Of a stretch of 40,472 bases of DNA, positions 32,639 through 40,472 are shown piece after piece. The stretch is from Nemertoderma westbladi. Taxonomy: Eukaryota; Animalia; Xenacoelomorpha. The position numbers and the translations under genes are program-made. The DNA lies in the NCBI GenBank assembly GCA_032718475.1, contig JAUCBJ010000761.1, forward strand, positions 1 through 40,472, given 5' to 3'. Every line of letters starts with the position of its first letter. Position 1 is the stretch's first letter. The notes beneath the pieces were generated by a model that saw only the letters and a program-made list of their open reading frames with translations, ran no database searches and had not been told where the DNA came from.

Positions 32639-33451
32639 TGCAACAGGCTGAGATAACTCCCCAGTCGACTACTGGGAAGTTATCTCCCCAGTACTCCATT
32701 GATGACTACGTATCTATGACTACGCATCTATGACTGTGGAACACCTCCTATCCCTCAATCCTGACCCTATTTCCGACACACTTGCCCGTGGCTAATCAAC
32801 TGTTGCCTCACTCTCAAAGAAGTTCCCTCTACATTTGGTCATACAGTGACATCAAGTATCTGTAAAGGAAAGGGTCGCTCCACCCTAGAACATACATCAT
32901 ACAGGCCTGTCTCCTCCATCAGCCTACTAGCCAAAGTGCTAGAACATATCCTTCTAGCTGACTACCTAAACAAATTGACCTCACATGGGAACCAAACTGC
33001 CTTCAAGAGAAAACACAGCACTGATATAGTAATCGTTACATCATACTTTATGTCAAACATGACTCCCCAGTCTTCTCAGCCTAGGCTGAGTACACTCCCC
33101 AGTTTTCTCCCTGGATTTCTTAATTAACGGAAAGGAGCAGGTTACAGTGGTGGGCTTTTCTAACCAAAACAATAAACGATAACTCAATAACATAGGTTTA
33201 CAGTCTTATTTTTGCAATATACGAAAATACCACAGGTACGGATATGAACTTAACTCAAGCAGTAATGTAAAAAAGGGAGTAATCTCTATCTAATGGGGAG
33301 TCACTCAGCCTATAAGGGAGTGTTCTAAGCCTAGGCTGACATAACTGGGGAGTGTTCCCAGCCTAGGCTGAGACAACTGAGGAGTGTTCTCAGCCTAGCC
33401 TGATATGACTGGTGAGTTAATTTCAAGAGGGAGTTATCTCAGCCTTGTACA
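32639..33451. mobile_element. TIR element with CTCAGCCTAGGCTGAG palindromes, containing a LINE RT fragment
   Basis: AGGCTGAGATAACTCCC at the left end is inverted as GGGAGTTATCTCAGCCT at the right. Internal 32846-33030 encodes KGKG...SYRPVSSISLLAKVLE...NQTAFKRKHST. Confidence 0.6.
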
Positions 33452-33896
33452 CACTCACTCTTTGGTGACCGTAAAGGACTTGCATAAAAGTAGGGCCTTC
33501 ATCGCCCCTCGCACCTTTACCGCCCCTGGACCTTACAAGTTCGATAAAGTTCCTGGGGCGATAAGGTCCTGCTTCGTTTTGGGAATAATCTGCTGTTATA
33601 TAATATGTCGATCTTCAGATGGATAGGGCGCTACACCTTAGCCCCCCCAGGTTAAAATACGAAGTAAAAAAAGGCTGCATAAAGTTCGCACTGTGTTGTG
33701 TTCCTAGGCAAGACAATTTAGACCCTAGTGCTTACACAAACCTAGTGGTACAATGTGAACCTGGGTCTGCTGGGGAGGCACCTGGGATTGGCTAGTGGAG
33801 TGTTCACTCTCAGGAGTTAGTGTGGTAACCTCGTGGGGGTGGCCTCCTTTTTTTTCTGTTTTCTGTTTTTAGTTTACCTTTTTTATCTTCCTGTAG

Positions 33897-34145
33897 GCGT
33901 TACCACCAATTAATAAACCATTCTCTCTGAGACTATCTGAACTACCGGCATACAATGAGTCAACGGTTGAAGGAATAGTTAAACCAATGGACCGGCACGC
34001 AATTGGTGGAGATTTACAACAACTTCATGAAGCACTATCTGATTCTGGCACAACCATTCAAGATATATTAGTGGAATTAGCCAGTAAAAGATCAAATGAG
34101 CAACGTCTTAAACTGGTTCATGGATATAGGAACGCCTACACTATG
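33897..34145 (+). CDS. Annexin coding exon A (N-terminal tail and repeat I); start exon not identified
   Basis: Polypyrimidine-CTGTAG acceptor, GTAATA donor, 83 codons: ALPPINKP...GIVKP...DLQQLHEALSDSGT...KRSNEQRLKLVHGYRNAYTM. Confidence 0.8.
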
Positions 34146-34591
34146 GTAATATAATGTTACCTGTTAATTATTCTAGTCTATAAGACAACATTTGCATTTA
34201 GTTAACATTCTGTACGGAAATTCTCAAAAGTTTTATTAGTATATAAATTTCCAATAGTCAATAAATAATAGCCTGGGTGCAGTACCAGTTCAATCATGTG
34301 GGGCGAGTCAAAACTGCGAGCAAAGTGTGCATCGAGAAAGTAGCCATACCGCCACTATGTTGTACGATTCCTATACTTGTTGTACAGGAGGATCAAATTG
34401 CATTGACTTTTTACCTAACTAACAAAAACTGTAATGTAAACAAAGTAAAAATTTTAAAGACCATATGTTCATAGTTCATCTAAAACTGCACAAGATTTAT
34501 GTTTATTATTAGGTCCGCGTAGCGAGACCTCTAGGATTGTTGTTGTTGGTGTTGTTAATTTCTCGTTAGGTTTTGGTATTAAGGATTGATA

Positions 34592-34680
34592 CGGCCCCAG
34601 TGGCTCAGTTGGCAGAGCGTGGGACTTGGAATCTCTAGGTACCGAGTTCAATCCCCCATTCCGGTGAATGTTTTTTGTTG
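34592..34680 (+). mobile_element. tRNA-derived SINE head in annexin intron
   Basis: A-box TGGCTCAGTTGG, B-box GAGTTCAATCC and a T6 tract. Acceptor stem does not pair properly. Confidence 0.65.
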
Positions 34681-34807
34681 TAAGATTGGTAGTAAGCCAT
34701 TCAAGGAGACAGTTCATGCGTCAGTAGACGCGGACCTTTGCGCGATTTCGCGCTTGTTATTATGTTACTACTGTAGTACGCCGGCCTACAGTAATGTTAT
34801 TTCGCAG

Positions 34808-35006
34808 GATTTGATTGAAAGCTTACACTACCATCTACCCAACGATGGCTTACTAATCGATTTACTGTTCCATCAGCCAGCCAGCTCAGACGCAATGGCT
34901 GTACACGATGCCATTAAACAATCTCAGTTAGACTCCATTGTCATTGAGATTGTGTGTTCTAGAACAAGTCATCAAATCTCTAGTATTGCTCAATGTTACA
35001 AGCAAG
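34808..35006 (+). CDS. Annexin coding exon B
   Basis: TTCGCAG|DLIESL...DAMAVHDAIK...IVIEIVCSRTSHQISSIAQCYKQ, phase-1 donor GTTGGA. Confidence 0.82.
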
Positions 35007-35190
35007 GTTGGAAAACGACCGTTAGGCCTACTCATATATATTTACAATAATAGGCCTAATTGAAAACTACAGAAGTATTGATTCCATGACAGTTTCCTGA
35101 ATTCTAAAAATTATGAAATTTCAAGATGTTAATAAAATATGTTGGTTGCAGCTAATACAATATGATAAATTTGCTACATCGGTTATTAAA

Positions 35191-35919
35191 AACGTTATAT
35201 TTAAATCAATTAGAATATGGGCGATCGTTACTGACGTTATATTTAAATCAATTAGAATATGGGCGATCGTTTGTGACGTTATATTTAAATCAATTAGAAT
35301 ATGGGCGATCGTTACTGTACTGACGTTATATTTAAATCAATTAGAATATGGGCGATCGTTACTGACGTTATATTTAAATCAATTAGAATATGGGCGATCG
35401 TTACTGACGTTATATTTAAATCAATTAGAATATGGGCGATCGTTACTGACGTTATATTTAAATCAGTTAGAATATGGGCGATCGTCACTGACGTTATATT
35501 TAAATCAATTAGAATATGGGCGATCGTTACTGACGTTATATTTAAATCAATTAGAATATGGGCGATCGTTTGTGACGTTATAATTAAATCAATTAGAATA
35601 TGGGCGATCGTTACTGTACTGACGTTATATTTAAATCAATTAGAATATGGGCGATCGTCACTGACGTTATATTTAAATCAATTAGAATATGGGCGATCGT
35701 TACTGACGTTATATTTAAATCAATTAGAATATGGGCGATCGTTACTGTACTGACGTTATATTTAAATCAATTAGAATATGGGCGATCGTTTGTGACGTTA
35801 TATTTAAATAAATTAGAATATGGGCGATCGTTTGTGACGTTATAATTAAATCATTTAGAATTTGGGCGATCGTTTGTGACGTTATATTTAAATCATTTAG
35901 AATATGGGCGATCGTTTGT
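35191..35919 (+). repeat. 17-copy 42/47-bp minisatellite spanning the annexin 3' splice site
   Basis: Unit GACGTTATATTTAAATCAATTAG|AATATGGGCGATCGTT(ACT/TGT/ACTGTACT). The last unit runs into unique exon sequence. Confidence 0.97.
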
Positions 35920-36028
35920 AAAAGATTGCACAAAGAAATTAGATGGATTTTACAAAGAGTTCATTGTAGCAGTGTTACTGGGGAGTAGAGATGATGTCAT
36001 TCAAACAAACAACGAGAAAGGAAGAAGG
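35901..36028 (+). CDS. Annexin coding exon C
   Basis: CATTTAG|(E)YGRSFVKDCTKKLDGFYKEFIVAVLLGSRDDV...GRR|GTAAGT. Phases match both neighbours. Confidence 0.85.
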
Positions 36029-36306
36029 GTAAGTAAGATCTTTAGTTGCAAATAAAAAGTTGCATCTAATTAAGATAACATTATTTCAGTAAACGTTTGT
36101 TTTAGGAAACAAATGTTTGTATTTTATATTATTCGAATATGTAGCCCTACCATACTAAATAATTTAAAAAATGACATTTATCGAAGGTAACATCTTTAAT
36201 TTCGAGGAAACTGTTGTATTGTATTCTATTCAAAGTGGTAATGTAGCATTTAATTATGTGTGTAGGCCTACAGAATTTACTTTCAATATGTAATTGAATG
36301 ATTTAG

Positions 36307-36505
36307 GATGCTGAAGGGTTATATGCCATTGGGGAAGAGACATGGTCAACAGATGAAAGTATATTCAGTCGTATCCTGGCCACACGCAGTATCCCTCAGC
36401 TGAGAGTGGTATTCAGTGAATACTCTAAGATTGCACAAAAAGATATACTACGTAGTATTGATACCTGGATGGTGGGGGCGGCTAAGAAGGGATTAAAAGC
36501 ATTCG
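36307..36505 (+). CDS. Annexin coding exon D (repeat III)
   Basis: DAEGLYAIGEETWSTDESIFSRILATRSIPQLRVVFSEY...GLKAF|GTGAGT. Confidence 0.9.
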
Positions 36506-36714
36506 GTGAGTTATAAACCCAAAAGTAGTCGTGCAGGCCTAGTCATAAAATATTGGCATTTATTCATTTAATCGTTGTTATTATAAAAAAATGGTAAAAT
36601 TGTATTTTGAAATATTGTATTTCCATTTAAAATTAACCCCATTAATTTTTACCAAATAAAATTTCCAAATTTTCCCACAACTTAGTGTCCGTGAAAAACT
36701 TATAATAATTAATA

Positions 36715-39368
36715 CCGTCAGAGCGGGTGACTTGGATAGGTTTTAGGTATTTCCGGGATGTTTTAGTGCACTTCCCATTAATGAATGGTCCTGAAATTAC
36801 AAATATATACCGAATGGCATCTTGTCTATCAAACCATTCACACTACACTTATCAGATATTACGTATTTGGCGGTAATGAGCTATCAAAAAAACTATCCAA
36901 GTCAACCTCCAATCGGCTGACTTGGATATTTCATATTTCTTTAAATAAAAATTGCTTTATACACGTTTGTAGATTCAGAACAAGTCAAATATTATTGTAA
37001 TCTTTAGCAAATAGACATAAGAAAGAACTATTTTGATTATGACTATAAAAAGTTAACAATTTAGTTCAGAATTTGTAAATTCATTCTTCACTCTGGGAAG
37101 ACTTCATCGCCAAATGTCTCTAAGTCGAACCTAAATGTGCTTCTGGCACGAGCTGTGCCACCATAATTCACTGGCTTAGCTAATTTCCGCAATATATCTT
37201 CATAGCTGTGGGTAGCAGACCGTGGGGGTCCAACAGAACAATGCTCACTGTGTCACTCAGCTTAATACTTGATTTAATTCTTTCACCATATTCGACCACA
37301 ACCTCATGCACATCCGGTTTCACTGCTTGAGTTCTTGAAACAATACTTCTATTATTAACGGATAATAACAGCCAGTCACCTGGATTTATGTCACGGCTAA
37401 CTTCCGAGATATCACTATCATATTCCACGTCGCCCACAGAATCCTCAACTTCAACAATCGAAGATTCAGTGTTGCTACTACTATCACACTCGCCACTGTG
37501 TCCAGCGACATCCTCAGTGGTCCCGCCTGCAACCTCTCCACTAGTGCTGTTCGACGCTGAAGAACTATGACCTGGAAGATCACTTACTTGGACAGATTTT
37601 CCAGGTATGATCTTACCACGTTTCTTTGACTGAGGCTTTGGTGGTCCAATATGTTGAACAAGCAGGTCGGCAACTGTCTCACCCAACACCGCTCTTACGG
37701 ATTCTTCACCAGTATCCTCCGGTGGTAAACGTTTCAGAACCTGGGCGCTGTCCACTGGGTGTAACCCACAAGCTTTGAATCCAGCAATCATGTTCTTACC
37801 ACAGTTCGAATATCGGTTGAGTACGCGATTTAAAAGACTAGGAAAGATGGTCTTCGGAATGCTCCCTTGCGTTCTTGATTCCATTCGCCATTCCAACAAA
37901 GCTGATCGCCACACCTTCTTTAACGGTCCGAATACACTAACATCAAGAGGCTGGAGTAGGTGTGTCGAATTAGGAATTAGGCTTTCAAACAGGATGTTGT
38001 TCGTAACACAGCAATTGATAACAGTTTCCGAGAAGTGGCTACCTAGGTTATCTCCCACAATCATTTTCTTAACAGGTAGAACTACAGGAGCCCCACTCGA
38101 TACCAAATTATTCTCCAGGTTCTTAACGAGCGGTAAAAGTACAGAATGAAACCATACCTCAAACGTACATCCATCAAACCATCCAGATTTAGTCGCCTCG
38201 TAAACTGCTCCACGGGGACCATTAACAGTCCACTCTGACCACAGGTTTAGTGCCTTGTATACAATCATCGGAGGGCACATCTCACCAATAGCATTGCCAC
38301 ACATCATAAAACTAGTTGACATTTTTGAGTGATCTATTTTCGCTTCGACGCGACGCAAACCTCGTCGAACTATGCATTCCTTATCAGCGGGAGAATCCAC
38401 CACGCAGAGCTCATCGTAATTAAATAGAAACTGGGGCTGGATATCCTGAACTTCCCCCTTGTAGTGCCCAAAAAACTCCTTGACAGCCTGGCAGTTAACA
38501 GGAACTCGGGCAGGTTTAACTTTATCCGCAAATCTCTTTGTAAGGTTGTTCCGATTCATAAATCCCTTCAACCAATCTTTACCAGGAGAATTGTTCGCAA
38601 ATCTCGTGGTTCGCTTCTTCTTGTCGATATAATTTTTTACAAGATGTTTAACATCTTCACCTGTAAGAGGGAACTTCCAGTCGGTTAGATGGTTCAAAGA
38701 TTTAACAATCATTTGCTCTGCAATGGTTTCAAGAACCGGCTGCCCACCCAGCTTCTTTTCCGAATTAACGCCATTCGCCGAGCGCCACAGTGTTCCAAAG
38801 GGAATCTTAAATTCCTTATGAGCCCTATAGATTTTCTTTCCTGATTTGATAGCTTGTAGTGCGGCATCTAAATCACTAGCATTATAATTAGTTTTGTATC
38901 CTCTTGCCCCGTTTTTTCTACAATATTTAGTCATATTAGGCTAACATAAATACAATTCAAAATTAGGTAGTAAAATTTTGTAACTAAATTTAGCAAAAAG
39001 TAAGCCTATGGTTAAATTCTTAAATAATCATTAAATTAGATATAAATACAGATTTGGACCTATGAAAATATATGTAATTTACTGTATCATCGCTAAAAAT
39101 ACATTTACACCGTTCATGGAGCAGAAAATGCAATTTTACTTAACACCAGTTTATAATCAGCAGTGCTCCATTTCAACACCAGTTAAAATTGACCATTTCA
39201 AACTTGCCTCCACGCCTGCACTGCTAAACAGTTACTATAGCCATCCATTAGTCCTGTGGCAAAGCTGTGGATATCACTTGGCTCTGATTGGCTAGAATTC
39301 TTAACTTCACTCTCTCAGGAACTCATTATCCAAGTCCCCTCCAATATCCAAGTCACCCGCTTTGACGG
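36715..39368 (-). mobile_element. Full-length pogo-superfamily DNA transposon (2654 bp) in annexin intron
   Basis: 24-bp TIRs CCGTCA(G/A)AGCGGGTGACTTGGATA with one mismatch, TA target duplication on both sides, internal transposase. Confidence 0.95.
37180..38934 (-). CDS. pogo-family transposase (psq-HTH, CENP-B HTH, DDE_1; DD35D)
   Basis: YNASDLDAALQAIK...IPFGTL; PGKDWLKGFMNRN; catalytic NYDE, GDNLGSH and QPLDVSVF, with 35 residues between the second and third Asp. Confidence 0.92.
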   Translation of the reverse strand: MTKYCRKNGARGYKTNYNASDLDAALQAIKSGKKIYRAHKEFKIPFGTLWRSANGVNSEKKLGGQPVLETIAEQMIVKSLNHLTDWKFPLTGEDVKHLVKNYIDKKKRTTRFANNSPGKDWLKGFMNRNNLTKRFADKVKPARVPVNCQAVKEFFGHYKGEVQDIQPQFLFNYDELCVVDSPADKECIVRRGLRRVEAKIDHSKMSTSFMMCGNAIGEMCPPMIVYKALNLWSEWTVNGPRGAVYEATKSGWFDGCTFEVWFHSVLLPLVKNLENNLVSSGAPVVLPVKKMIVGDNLGSHFSETVINCCVTNNILFESLIPNSTHLLQPLDVSVFGPLKKVWRSALLEWRMESRTQGSIPKTIFPSLLNRVLNRYSNCGKNMIAGFKACGLHPVDSAQVLKRLPPEDTGEESVRAVLGETVADLLVQHIGPPKPQSKKRGKIIPGKSVQVSDLPGHSSSASNSTSGEVAGGTTEDVAGHSGECDSSSNTESSIVEVEDSVGDVEYDSDISEVSRDINPGDWLLLSVNNRSIVSRTQAVKPDVHEVVVEYGERIKSSIKLSDTVSIVLLDPHGLLPTAMKIYCGN

Positions 39369-39500
39369 TATATAATATAATAATTAATCATTAGATTTCA
39401 AATTTAAAATAATTCAAAATTAGGTAGAAGGTTGTGTCTTCTATAACCAACATTATAACATTTATATTATATTGCCTATCAATATTTTATTTACTTTCAG

Positions 39501-39607
39501 TCCTTTATGTGAAGAACCCAGCAGCATATTTTGCAGAGCGTCTCAACAGAGCCATCCGACACGGTGATAGAGAAACGATTGTACGAGTTTTGGTTACCAG
39601 ATTCGAG
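39501..39607 (+). CDS. Annexin coding exon E
   Basis: TTTCAG|(V)LYVKNPAAYFAERLNRAIRHGDRETIVRVLVTRFE|GTAGAC. Confidence 0.9.
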
Positions 39608-39747
39608 GTAGACCTCTCGATTATTATTCGTTTGTTAATAAATATTTTACCCGATATATCAGCATTATTGGTCCTACAGTACCGGTACCTAATATGAATC
39701 AATTTATGCAACATAATAAATTCACCGATTAATATTATATATTTTAG

Positions 39748-39870
39748 GAGAATTTAGTTCAAATAAAGAAGACATATCATTCCTTATATGGGCATTCATT
39801 CATCAATGATCTAGAGACAATAGAATTGAGTGAAGGGAAGAAGATATTATTAGCTATAACAGGCGAATAA
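39748..39870 (+). CDS. Annexin terminal coding exon F
   Basis: TTTTAG|ENLVQIKKTYHSLYGHSFINDLETIELSEGKKILLAITGE*. Confidence 0.87.
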   Translation, partial: ENLVQIKKTYHSLYGHSFINDLETIELSEGKKILLAITGE

Positions 39871-40472
39871 ACCATTACATGGCCAAAACACTGCAATTTA
39901 TTGAGAATATTATGTTTACTCTTATTAATTATTATTTATATTAGTTAGTATTTTTGTAGAAACAGTGAGTTTATAACCACTTGGTAGAATTTATTCTTAG
40001 CTCTTGAAAAACTAAATTTATTAGTGTAAATCCGGATCGTGCACACGGCGATTGCAAAATGTTAAAAATATTATTTGCTCTACAATGTGTCGCCAAAAAT
40101 ACAGCCCGAGCCGATCACCTCACACCCCCAAGTTGCAAAACTTGTCCTATATTTATACATTTTTTATTCATTATTTTTTATTTTTATTTTTATGTCGCAT
40201 TTGTACATTTCTACAGTATTAATTTGTGCCGGTTCCCATTGTAAATCTTTTCTTATGTCTATATAAAACTTTTCGGGCTGTAAAAGTAGTTAATGTTATT
40301 ATTATTACTGTTATAAAAGGAATGTTATTACTGTAGCTTTAAATAATAATTTATCGTAAAATTATTTTTAATAACCACTGCTCGTACAGTATTACTGATA
40401 AAAATCGAACTATAAATAATTATGACACTATTATATTTAACATAATTGTAAGACCAGTTACAAACAATTAAT

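Noticed and set aside
34592-34665. Functional tRNA gene
   Set aside because: A and B boxes are present but the acceptor and anticodon stems do not pair properly; SINE head is the better call.
34586-35050. 154-aa ORF as a standalone gene
   Set aside because: It is SINE/intron read-through into annexin exon B. ORF 39434-39697 similarly surrounds exon E.
35191-35919. CRISPR-like appearance of the array and its repetitive ORFs
   Set aside because: Units are contiguous with no unique spacers, there are no cas genes and the context is a eukaryotic intron. The ORFs are by-products of the 42-bp period.

Overview
This is AT-rich, repeat-dense eukaryotic DNA, most likely from an invertebrate animal (GT-AG introns, LINE/LTR/DNA transposons), not a prokaryote. 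It holds four host genes. AUP1 (7607-8791, +) and a TATDN3-type TatD nuclease (12892-13758, +) have intronless CDSs. A 1271-aa protein with an intronless CDS (21232-25047, -) combines TPR, beta-helix and DUF4470/methyltransferase-like regions. A six-coding-exon annexin (33897-39870, +; start exon not found) has lost its canonical Ca2+ sites. Mobile DNA includes the 5' part of a BEL/Pao LTR element, a full-length TSD-bounded RTE LINE carrying a hAT-type insertion, several RTE 3' fragments, a pogo-superfamily DD35D transposon with an uninterrupted ORF in an annexin intron, and MITEs, SINEs and Helitron-like ends. The four most notable observations are: (1) a 17-copy minisatellite built from an annexin intron/exon junction, in which only the last two acceptors give an open frame; (2) a type I hammerhead ribozyme grafted into a tRNA-like Pol III unit; (3) the TPR-beta-helix-DUF4470 protein; (4) an ~845-bp inversion anchored on a MITE end that can be reconstructed from the sequence. 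All calls come from reading the sequence by eye; no database search was run.
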